The notes under the pieces: generated by a model | The model's database searches: none | Told to the model about the DNA's origin: nothing | Seen by the model: the letters and a program-made list of their open reading frames with translations, nothing else | Position numbers and translations under genes: made by a program | Origin: an uncultured cyanobacterium | GTDB taxonomy: Bacteria; Cyanobacteriota; Cyanobacteriia; Pseudanabaenales; Pseudanabaenaceae | Direction of reading: 5' to 3' | Assembly (NCBI GenBank): GCA_963703315.1 | Contig: OY969811.1 | Span: 3,424,001-3,488,000 of the forward strand | DNA length: 64,000 nt | Part shown: in pieces, positions 41,469 to 49,029 of the stretch | Numbering within the stretch: position 1 is the first letter of the stretch | How the letters are laid out: each line of letters starts with the position of its first letter

Positions 41469-41479
41469 TAATTTATAAG

Positions 41480-41521
41480 GCGATCGCCTCTTTAAGCTCT
41501 GTGCAGGTAAAGTGCGATCGC
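41480..41521 (+). repeat. Cassette-junction module alpha, copy 2
   Basis: GCGATCGC-ctctttaagctctgtgcaggtaaagt-GCGATCGC. Confidence 0.85.
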
Positions 41522-41530
41522 CTAAGTTTT

Positions 41531-42085
41531 TTAGTTAAACCTACCCACAAAATTTGGCACAGAGGTTTTTAAAACATTGAGCAAGTCTGTAACCGACATG
41601 GGTGGCTTTTTTAAATCACTTGCCTGAGTCTGGAGAACTTGCCTGATCTCTTGAGGGAATAAATCATGTAGATAGGTTAAAAATTGATCGGCGCTTTGGG
41701 CTTCAACTTGATATTGGCTCAGAACTACTGCGGGAAAGTGCTTCAGATTTTCGGTGACAATTACATGAGCTTTGGCAATCAAAGCCGCCGCTAAAACATG
41801 GCGATCGCCTTCATGGTTATCCATACAAGGAATTAAGCGATCGGTCACATTGAGCATCGCATCAGGGAAAGCCCGATTAATTTGCACTTCTAGCCGATTC
41901 ACTTGCTGGCTCTGCATTTTCTGATTTGCTACTAAATTTCGTAGCGCCCCGTCTAAGATTTCTTGTGACCAATGCACTTGATACAGTCCAGCCTCAGCAG
42001 CACGAAGCAAAGTATCTCTCAAATACATTGGATAAAGCACACAGGAGTCAAGCACAACGGGAAATCGAGAGGATTGCAAACTCAT
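41531..42085 (-). CDS. PIN-domain toxin (PIN_3/VapC50-like)
   Basis: VVLDSCVL, DRHVLAAA, IVTENLKHFP. Confidence 0.9.
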   Translation of the reverse strand: MSLQSSRFPVVLDSCVLYPMYLRDTLLRAAEAGLYQVHWSQEILDGALRNLVANQKMQSQQVNRLEVQINRAFPDAMLNVTDRLIPCMDNHEGDRHVLAAALIAKAHVIVTENLKHFPAVVLSQYQVEAQSADQFLTYLHDLFPQEIRQVLQTQASDLKKPPMSVTDLLNVLKTSVPNFVGRFN

Positions 42086-42561
42086 TACGCTGGTGAAATA
42101 GCCTCGGTTAAGGGGACATCCTCTGGCGTATAAAATCCCAACTCTTGACTAAGTTCAGTAAGCTCACTCAAAGCCTGATGACGCTGAGCATCTCTCTGTT
42201 TTTTGTACTGCATTAAATCTTGAAACTGGATACGGCGATGCGTACCCACCTTGATATAGGGGATATCGCCTTGATCTAACAATTTATATAAATAAGGACG
42301 GGAAACATTGAGCAAGTCAGAAGCTTGAATCGTACTCAAATGCAAGTTATAAGGAACCAAGGATATAACTTGTCCCAATGCCATCATGTGAATAACTTGC
42401 CGAAGGGCTTGATATATGGAGTCTGGCAACATGATTTCTTCACCGTCTAGACCGACAAGCTTGGGATATGCTTTTTCTAGCATTGCCTCTAGGCGCTGTA
42501 TTGGTAAGGTGTCTGGCTCAGGCGCAAAGACAGAATCTGGTAGGTCGTTCAACATATACAT
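42085..42561 (-). CDS. Excisionase-like HTH_17 DNA-binding protein (antitoxin/regulator)
   Basis: LSTIQASDLLNVSRPYLYKLLDQGDIP...VGTHRRI; coupled to the PIN gene. Confidence 0.9.
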   Translation of the reverse strand: MYMLNDLPDSVFAPEPDTLPIQRLEAMLEKAYPKLVGLDGEEIMLPDSIYQALRQVIHMMALGQVISLVPYNLHLSTIQASDLLNVSRPYLYKLLDQGDIPYIKVGTHRRIQFQDLMQYKKQRDAQRHQALSELTELSQELGFYTPEDVPLTEAISPA

Positions 42562-42601
42562 ATTAAAGATTGCTGATGTTGAGATGGGTTGATTTTTGAA
42601 G

Positions 42602-42619
42602 TAAGTGTAATAAGTGTAA
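42602..42619. promoter_or_regulatory. Direct repeat TAAGTGTAA x2, candidate operator of the HTH_17 protein
   Basis: Exact 9-bp tandem repeat ~40 bp upstream of the start codon. Confidence 0.45.
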
Positions 42620-42640
42620 ATATACTATATGCCAATAAGA

Positions 42641-42690
42641 GCGATCGCGCGATCGCCCCTTTAATCTCTGTGAAAGTAAAGGGCGATCGC
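42641..42690 (+). repeat. Tandem HIP1 plus cassette-junction module alpha, copy 3
   Basis: GCGATCGC-GCGATCGC-ccctttaatctctgtgaaagtaaagg-GCGATCGC. Confidence 0.85.
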
Positions 42691-42748
42691 AACTATTTAA
42701 CTCAATCAAATTGATAAAATTTTTGTTAGTAGATTTAGTGACTAAGAA

Positions 42749-43888
42749 ATGACAAATCAGGACAGTCCAATATTACCTAGATTTCGTGTTTATGGGGAGA
42801 ATGCAGAGTTTGAGACTGAAAGACATCTAGAATGGTTGTTTTGGTATACGGTTCTTCCCAAAATTGGACTGAAGCCACTAAAAAGTCAGCATACTTGCAG
42901 AGAGGGGATTTGTGACATATTGGCGAAAGGAACCCAGAATCAACTCGTCATCATAGAGTTAAAAAATGTTGAAGATTCTCATGTTATTGAACAAATTACT
43001 GCATATTTCGATGCCCTTATCGAAGAAAAGCCCTTTAGCGAACAAATTGATTATACTAAACCTATTGACCTATACACTGTCTGTCCAACCTATAGGAATC
43101 GTACTGTAACAACATTAAAACACCACAAACTTAAATTTACTCTCTTAGCCTATGCAGTAAAAAGCAGCAATCAAGGCTTTATACTCACATTGTACGAATG
43201 GCTCACAAAGACAGAAATAGCCAAAATAGATATCCCAATAGCTGCTGAAATCGAACCTACAATTAATTTGCCTGATCCTCCAAAAGCTTTTGTTAACCTT
43301 TTAGGGAACTGTTCAGAGAATGAAAAGAAATGGGCTATTGAAATTCGTGATCAGATTTATCAATTGTCGCAATCTTTAAACTATAGAATTTATGAGAAGC
43401 CAGATGGTAAATGGGTTCGTTTTGAAAGAAACAAACAAAATCCTATCGCTGAGATAGGTTGGGAAAACAAAAGAGAAAGTCTTGCTGTTTATCTATGGCT
43501 GCCATTTGTGACTATTAATGGACAATGGAACATGAAGGCAAGAGCAAGAGATAGCTATAAAAGAACTGCCATGATGAGACTTTGGATAGTTGATGGCACT
43601 GTTCAATATGTTGCTTACATAGAAAATCAGAGAAAAAGTTGGCTAGTTGTTACTGATGAAGAAATTCAAACGAGCAAATTTACTAAGCCAGTAAAGTTAC
43701 AGAGAAAAGCTGACAGTGCTTACTGGAAAGGTCTAGCAATGCCTACAGATGTCTACCTTAATTTAATGGAATTGACTGCTCGTTCTCATTCTCTAAATGC
43801 TTTTGTAGAGTTGGCACTTGAACATTCTTTACAGAGACTAACTAAAAGTCGCCAGAAGAATATTATCGAAGTAGAATCTGACTTTTAG
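42749..43888 (+). CDS. PD-(D/E)xK nuclease (NucS/EndoMS-like N-terminus) with unknown C-terminal region
   Basis: FETERHLE...GICDILAK...LVIIELKN...QITAY. Confidence 0.75.
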   Translation: MTNQDSPILPRFRVYGENAEFETERHLEWLFWYTVLPKIGLKPLKSQHTCREGICDILAKGTQNQLVIIELKNVEDSHVIEQITAYFDALIEEKPFSEQIDYTKPIDLYTVCPTYRNRTVTTLKHHKLKFTLLAYAVKSSNQGFILTLYEWLTKTEIAKIDIPIAAEIEPTINLPDPPKAFVNLLGNCSENEKKWAIEIRDQIYQLSQSLNYRIYEKPDGKWVRFERNKQNPIAEIGWENKRESLAVYLWLPFVTINGQWNMKARARDSYKRTAMMRLWIVDGTVQYVAYIENQRKSWLVVTDEEIQTSKFTKPVKLQRKADSAYWKGLAMPTDVYLNLMELTARSHSLNAFVELALEHSLQRLTKSRQKNIIEVESDF

Positions 43889-44028
43889 TGATCGCCTTTA
43901 CTACACTTATTTAGCTAAAATTTCATAAACCAATCAATTGTTTAACATCATTTAAAACGATCGCCCCTCTAATCATGATTTTACTTTTAGCAAATAGCGA
44001 TCGCCTTGTGATGTGATTATTTGAGAAG
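43888..44028 (+). repeat. Cassette-junction modules beta-gamma-delta (delta interrupted by the IS)
   Basis: HIP1-like sites at 43888 (GTGATCGC), 43957 (ACGATCGC) and 43997; homologous to the 46048, 47081 and 47779 spacers. Confidence 0.85.
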
Positions 44029-45321
44029 TAGGGCAACCGCACACGTTTCTTAACAAACTAGCGAACATTTCTTAACGAGGAAAAAAGGGAGAAACGGGAG
44101 AATTGAGGATATTTAGAAAGATAAGTCCAAAATGCTAGCAACAGTCAGTCCCGTCGGATTAATCGAAACCCACTTTGGGAACTTGCAAGATCCCAGAGCA
44201 GCACACAGTATCCTGCATAAGCTACTCGACATATTGATAATCACGATTTGTGCAGTGATCTGTGGAGCCGATAACTTCGTAGCAATCGCCGAATATGGCA
44301 AAGAGAAAGAAGAATGGTTAAAGACATTTTTGGAATTAGCAAACGGCATACCGTCAGTAGATACATTCGAGAGATTATTTGCGAGACTGAAGCCAGAAGC
44401 ATTGCAAAAAAGCTTTATTAGCTGGATGGAAGCAGTCCATGAATCCACCGACGGAGAATTGATAAACATAGATGGCAAAACCCTGAGAGGAGCAAAGGAA
44501 GCAGGAAATTCGCGTAGTCTGATTCATATGGTGAGTGTGTGGTCAGCATCACAACATTTGGTATTGGGACAGCAAAAAGTGGACGAGAAATCCAATGAAA
44601 TAACAGCGATTCCATCATTGCTAAAAATGTTAGCGATACGAGGTTGTGTGGTGAGCATAGATGCAATGGGATGTCAGACCGAAATCGCGAAAACAATCAT
44701 CGAAGAGGGAGCAGATTATGTGTTAGCACTGAAAGGCAATCAAGGTAATCTCCATAAAGATGTGCGTGAACTATTTACCTCTGCACGAGAACAGAACTTC
44801 AAAAATATTGAACATCAGTTCTATGAAACGGTTGAGAAAGGACATGGGCGCATTGAAACTCGTCGCTATTGGACAATGGGTAATACCGAATACTTAATCG
44901 GTGCAGAGAAATGGATAGGTTTGAAAAGTATTGGTATGGTTGAATCAGAGCGCATTATAAATGGAATTATTTCTACTGAGCAGCGATACTATCTGCTTAG
45001 TCTTGAGAGTGATGTCCACAGATTTTCCCAATCTGTCAGAAATCACTGGAGTATTGAAAATCAACTACATTGGATTCTTGATGTTGGTTTTGGTGAAGAT
45101 GCTTCGCAATCCTGCCGAGGCTATATTGCCGAAAACTTGGCTGTTATACGTCATATCAGTTTAAATTTGTTGTCAAGAGATAAAAACAGTAAGGTCGGTG
45201 TCAAGACAAAACGTCTTAAAGCTGGCTGGAACAACAACTATCTTAAGGATATCCTGAGTACCTTAAACATAGTCGCTGTCTAAATCTCGTTAATTGTTAA
45301 GAAACGTGTGCGGTTGCCCTA
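44029..45321 (+). mobile_element. ISAs1-family insertion sequence, 1293 bp
   Basis: Perfect 28-bp TIR tagggcaaccgcacacgtttcttaacaa (44029-44056 / 45294-45321); 10-bp target duplication ATTTGAGAAG (44019-44028 / 45322-45331). Confidence 0.97.
44132..45283 (+). CDS. ISAs1-family transposase
   Basis: IDGKTLRG, KSNEITAIP, IDAMGCQ, LKGNQ, HGRIETR, HWSIENQLHWILDV. Confidence 0.97.
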   Translation: MLATVSPVGLIETHFGNLQDPRAAHSILHKLLDILIITICAVICGADNFVAIAEYGKEKEEWLKTFLELANGIPSVDTFERLFARLKPEALQKSFISWMEAVHESTDGELINIDGKTLRGAKEAGNSRSLIHMVSVWSASQHLVLGQQKVDEKSNEITAIPSLLKMLAIRGCVVSIDAMGCQTEIAKTIIEEGADYVLALKGNQGNLHKDVRELFTSAREQNFKNIEHQFYETVEKGHGRIETRRYWTMGNTEYLIGAEKWIGLKSIGMVESERIINGIISTEQRYYLLSLESDVHRFSQSVRNHWSIENQLHWILDVGFGEDASQSCRGYIAENLAVIRHISLNLLSRDKNSKVGVKTKRLKAGWNNNYLKDILSTLNIVAV

Positions 45322-45397
45322 ATTTGAGAAGCGATCGCCCCAAACCATTCAAGACGGATATGTTACTCTAGCAATACGTTACTGGTGCTGTAAAACT

Positions 45398-45649
45398 ATG
45401 AAACTACAAATTCAAGGCATTAAATCAGGGCAGACGATTCAACTGCTAGATATAGTTAATATTCCTGATGGAACAGTATTTCTGGAAATTGAAGCAGATA
45501 AACCTAAAGATAAAAGCGCAAGAATAGCAAGACTAAATCGTATATTCGGCGCATGGCGCAACCAGCAAGACATTGATCTAATATTTGCGGATATTGACAC
45601 ACAACGCCATCGTGACTATGGCAGAAAAATCGACTCCTTTGACTTCTAA
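45398..45649 (+). CDS. Putative antitoxin of VapC
   Basis: 83 aa, 6 bp upstream of vapC; GQTIQL...IPDG and FGAW motifs common in VapC partners. Confidence 0.7.
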   Translation: MKLQIQGIKSGQTIQLLDIVNIPDGTVFLEIEADKPKDKSARIARLNRIFGAWRNQQDIDLIFADIDTQRHRDYGRKIDSFDF

Positions 45650-45655
45650 TTATCC

Positions 45656-46048
45656 ATGTATTTACTTGACACCAACATCTGTATTGCACTGCTAAAAGGC
45701 AATTCTCAAGTTATTTCATCTTTTAATGCTTGTGCTGATGAATGCTATATTTCCACAATTAATGTTGCCGAACTTTATAAGGGAGTCTACTGCTCACAAC
45801 GAATAGAACAGAACCTTGCATCACTTGAGCTTTTTCTCCAAGATATGTCAATTGTCAGCTTCGATCTATTAGCTGCCAAAGAATTTGGCAAAATCCAATC
45901 AGAACTTAGACAAATCGGTAAACCCACAGGCGAACTAGATACCATGATTGCAGCTATAGCGCGATCGCGTCATGATCGAGTAGTTACGAATAACACAAAA
46001 GACTTTATCAATATTTCTGGATTAGGGTTGGAAAATTGGATCGTTTAG
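45656..46048 (+). CDS. vapC: VapC PIN toxin
   Basis: YLLDTNICI, ELYKG, DTMIAAIA, VTNNTKDF, LENW. Confidence 0.95.
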   Translation: MYLLDTNICIALLKGNSQVISSFNACADECYISTINVAELYKGVYCSQRIEQNLASLELFLQDMSIVSFDLLAAKEFGKIQSELRQIGKPTGELDTMIAAIARSRHDRVVTNNTKDFINISGLGLENWIV

Positions 46049-46164
46049 CGATCGCCTTTACTGCACTTATTCAAATAGCGATTTGGCTAAAATCTGATAA
46101 ACCAAGCATTTGTTTAACATCATTTAAAGCGATCGCGATTTTACTTTTAGCAAATTGCGATCTA
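46048..46164 (+). repeat. Cassette-junction modules beta-gamma
   Basis: HIP1 at 46048 (shares G with vapC TAG), 46129 and degenerate 46157. Confidence 0.88.
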
Positions 46165-46222
46165 CCTATAATAACAACTATATAACCTCTATAATAGGTA
46201 GATAGTCTTAGACTTAAAACCT

Positions 46223-46579
46223 ATGCTCAAAGAACTTTTTGGTGGTAAAATACCCGAACAGGTTTTGCTATATCTGGAAAATTATGAAGAAGGCTACGGC
46301 AAAGCGATCGCCGATACCTTTGAGATATCCTTGAGTTCAGTACAGAAACAACTGCAAAAATTTGAAGACTCAGGCTTATTAGTTAGTCGCTTAGTCGGCA
46401 AAACTCGCCTCTATACATGGAACCCGCGATCGCCCTTTGTAACGACCGTTAGAAACCTACTAGCCCAGCGTCTCAAAGTCACCCCACCCGAAGAAATCAA
46501 AGCTTACTACCGCCAACGCCGTCGCCCTCGCAAAGCTGATAAACCCCTTGGAAATACACAAAACCTCATCCCTAGCTGA
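46223..46579 (+). CDS. Winged-HTH (ArsR-like) protein, partner of the nucleotidyltransferase
   Basis: IADTFEISLSSVQKQLQKFEDSGLLVSRLVGKTRLY. Confidence 0.8.
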   Translation: MLKELFGGKIPEQVLLYLENYEEGYGKAIADTFEISLSSVQKQLQKFEDSGLLVSRLVGKTRLYTWNPRSPFVTTVRNLLAQRLKVTPPEEIKAYYRQRRRPRKADKPLGNTQNLIPS

Positions 46580-47081
46580 AATCGCTGCGATCGTCTCAGA
46601 TACGCTTACCAAAGCAAACATTATCGCCGTGCTAACAGGTGGCGGAGTCGTTACAGTGTACTCAGAAAACGAATATCAATCTGACGATCTCGACTTTATT
46701 TCTCCCGCTAGTTCTCAAAAGCTAGAAGCAGCCATGTCTCAAATAGGATTTAGCAAGGAAAGCAGATATTTTATCCATCCAAATACAACTTATTATGTTG
46801 AGTTCCCTCCATCCCCCCTAATGATTGGGGAACAGTACATTGATTACAAAGAATGCACCGTGCAGAAAATTGGTGAATTAGAATTACACATTCTGACCCC
46901 GACTTTATGCGTCATGGATCGCCTTGCAGGTTTCTATCACTGGAACGATCGTCAAAGTCTTGATCAAGCAGTCATGGTTGCAAAACGTCATCCGATAGAT
47001 TTTAAAAGAGTGAAGTTATGGTCAACCAAGGAAAAGCAACAGAAAAAATATCAGGACTTTTTAGATAGGCTGCAAGATTAG
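46548..47081 (+). CDS. Nucleotidyltransferase-fold protein (AbiEii/DUF6036-like)
   Basis: VLTGGG...YQSDDLDFI Pol-beta-type motif; overlaps the wHTH gene. Confidence 0.7.
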   Translation: MEIHKTSSLAEIAAIVSDTLTKANIIAVLTGGGVVTVYSENEYQSDDLDFISPASSQKLEAAMSQIGFSKESRYFIHPNTTYYVEFPPSPLMIGEQYIDYKECTVQKIGELELHILTPTLCVMDRLAGFYHWNDRQSLDQAVMVAKRHPIDFKRVKLWSTKEKQQKKYQDFLDRLQD

Positions 47082-47209
47082 CGATCGCCCTTACTGCACT
47101 TATTCAAATAACGATTTAGCTAAAATCTCATAAACCAAGCATTTGTTTAACATCATTTAAGGCGATCGTCATTGATCGTTTATGGCATACAGCTTGGATA
47201 GGCGATCGC
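47081..47209 (+). repeat. Cassette-junction module beta plus epsilon-like module
   Basis: HIP1 at 47081 (shares G with TAG), 47162 (GCGATCGT) and 47202. Confidence 0.88.
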
Positions 47210-47214
47210 TAAAT

Positions 47215-47499
47215 TTAATAAACCTCATCATGAGAGCCAATATTTAACAATAAAATCGCATCCAGATCAGATTCAGACTTCTGTACAAACTCAAACAAAA
47301 TGCGATAGTTATAATCCACAGAACAAGCCCAAATATCTGAGAGATCGCCAACCAGTTTATGCGTTCTCAAACTTGGATGATAAGGATCTTCCACTAGTTG
47401 ACGCAACGTTTTTTCAATTAAAGGACGCAGTTGCGGACTTTTGCGAATTAGACGTTTAAAAGCTCGCTGAGATTTAGCAGTCCAATCAATATTTCTCAA
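47215..47499 (-). CDS. RelE/YafQ-family mRNA interferase
   Basis: PSLRTHKLVG...WACSVDYNYRILF...NIGSHDEVY. Confidence 0.9.
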   Translation of the reverse strand: MRNIDWTAKSQRAFKRLIRKSPQLRPLIEKTLRQLVEDPYHPSLRTHKLVGDLSDIWACSVDYNYRILFEFVQKSESDLDAILLLNIGSHDEVY

Positions 47500-47720
47500 C
47501 TATCCAACTCCGCCAAAAAATCATCAACAGAACCAGATTTGAATTTACCTTCTCGGTACTCCTGCTGAACCTCTCGAACTTCTTTAACAACTTGCTGCCG
47601 TTGACGCAACTTTAAACGATTATTCAACACGTCAATTAAAGCAACTTGATCATCCAAAGACAAAGCATCTACGGCATTGAGAGCTTCTTGAAATAGGGAT
47701 GTTTTTAAGGCTTGACTCAT
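47496..47720 (-). CDS. Antitoxin of the YafQ-like toxin
   Basis: 74 aa, 4-bp overlap with the toxin, GSVDDFLAEL tail. Confidence 0.8.
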   Translation of the reverse strand: MSQALKTSLFQEALNAVDALSLDDQVALIDVLNNRLKLRQRQQVVKEVREVQQEYREGKFKSGSVDDFLAELDS

Positions 47721-47778
47721 AGGATTATTTATGAAAATTTACACTATAACCTCGGTTGTCATTATACTTCAGAAAAAA

Positions 47779-47973
47779 GCGATCGCCCTTCACAGCAATT
47801 TATTCAAATAGCGATTTAGCCAAAATCTCATAAACCAAGCATTTGTTTAACATCATTTAAAGCGATCGCGATTTTACTTCACTCAACTTGTGATCGCCTT
47901 GTGATGAGATTATTTGAAAGGCGATCGCTGTTCATGGGATGGATAGGCGATCGCAGTGACTAAAAACTAATTA
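47779..47973 (+). repeat. Most complete junction: modules beta-gamma-delta-epsilon-zeta
   Basis: HIP1/HIP1-like sites at 47779, 47862, 47890, 47921 and 47947. Confidence 0.88.
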
Positions 47974-48495
47974 GCGAAAAACTTCTCTAATAGCCTCTAT
48001 AGGAAGACAAACCGACAAAGTTTCATTAAAAGGGACAAACTGAAATTTCTGAATGTAGTAGCTTTGCTTAATCTCATTACTAGGATCAACCCTAATCGCA
48101 TAAACACCAACATTTTGAGAACCATCAAGTATTCTCAAGAAAGCATCAATCATTAAGGCTTGCCCTATACCCATACCCTGACAGCTTTTATCTACTGCCA
48201 ACTTGCCAATCAAAACCACTGGGATCGGGTAACTAGGGAGCTTATCTTTATTGGGAAATGATTCGGGGAAATCAATCAAGCTCGCACTGAGAGTGTAATA
48301 GCCTAAAACTTTTAGATCATCCGCGATCGCGACAAATATTTTTGCAACACCCAACTGATCATTTTTGAGAGCATATTGCTTGATATATATCGATAGCTCT
48401 TGCTCATCATGTTCATCACCACAATCAAAAGCAAGCTTTCTCAAACCGCTCTTACTGAAACCACACTCAGCCAAAGACTTGATTACAAAATTCAT
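47971..48495 (-). CDS. GNAT acetyltransferase toxin (AtaT/TacT-like)
   Basis: FDCG, LGYYTLSAS, IPVVLIGKLAVDKSCQGMGIG. Confidence 0.88.
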   Translation of the reverse strand: MNFVIKSLAECGFSKSGLRKLAFDCGDEHDEQELSIYIKQYALKNDQLGVAKIFVAIADDLKVLGYYTLSASLIDFPESFPNKDKLPSYPIPVVLIGKLAVDKSCQGMGIGQALMIDAFLRILDGSQNVGVYAIRVDPSNEIKQSYYIQKFQFVPFNETLSVCLPIEAIREVFR

Positions 48496-48498
48496 TAA

Positions 48499-48768
48499 CT
48501 ATCGAGTTTGACTGGTTCTTAACAATGCTGCTAATTCCTGAGATAGCTTAGGCGGATTTTGCATCATTTCCACAAACTTTTGCGCGTCATTTTCAGACAG
48601 CACTAATACTTGATTGTCATAAGAAGCTTTCTCAAGGCTTTGAGACTGTACCGACTCTCTAGCAAGCCTAGAATTGCCAAAACCACGCATGAGACGTTTC
48701 CGCACCGAAAAACTCAATGCAGACCTAAAAACTTTGCGATTTACCTGTAAGGGAATCTGAGCCTTCAT
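48499..48768 (-). CDS. DUF1778-like antitoxin (only the C-terminal part recognisable)
   Basis: LVLSENDAQKFVEMMQNPPKLSQELAALL; upstream of the GNAT toxin. Confidence 0.65.
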   Translation of the reverse strand: MKAQIPLQVNRKVFRSALSFSVRKRLMRGFGNSRLARESVQSQSLEKASYDNQVLVLSENDAQKFVEMMQNPPKLSQELAALLRTSQTR

Positions 48769-48860
48769 TATTTTGCACTGCTTTAACTCGCTCTAATGCT
48801 TTTGCAGTAACACAATTTTTACACACATAGCTGCTAAATAGGTAGATAAAAACAAATTAA

Positions 48861-48946
48861 GCGATCGCGGTTTTATTTTTTAGCAAGTAGCGATCGCCTT
48901 AAATGAGATTATTTGAGAGGCGATCGCAGTAACTAAAAAGTAATTA
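48861..48946 (+). repeat. Cassette-junction modules gamma-delta-zeta (right end of the array)
   Basis: HIP1 at 48861, 48890 and 48920; agtaactaaaaagtaatta matches agtgactaaaaactaatta at 47955. Confidence 0.85.
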
Positions 48947-48971
48947 CAATTTTTACGAGTCGTGAAGCGTA

Positions 48972-49025
48972 AAGCCCCCGTCTTTCAATCTGCCCTGTAC
49001 ACAAAGTGGATTGAAAGACGGGGAA
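48972..49025. repeat. Palindrome resembling an IS200/IS605-type end hairpin
   Basis: aagcccccgtctttcaatc...gattgaaagacgggg. Confidence 0.45.
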
Positions 49026-49029
49026 TATG

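Noticed and set aside
42085..42561. Excisionase-like protein as a recombination factor for the array
   Set aside because: It is translationally coupled to a PIN gene, the usual HTH_17-PIN TA arrangement, and no tyrosine or serine recombinase is in the window
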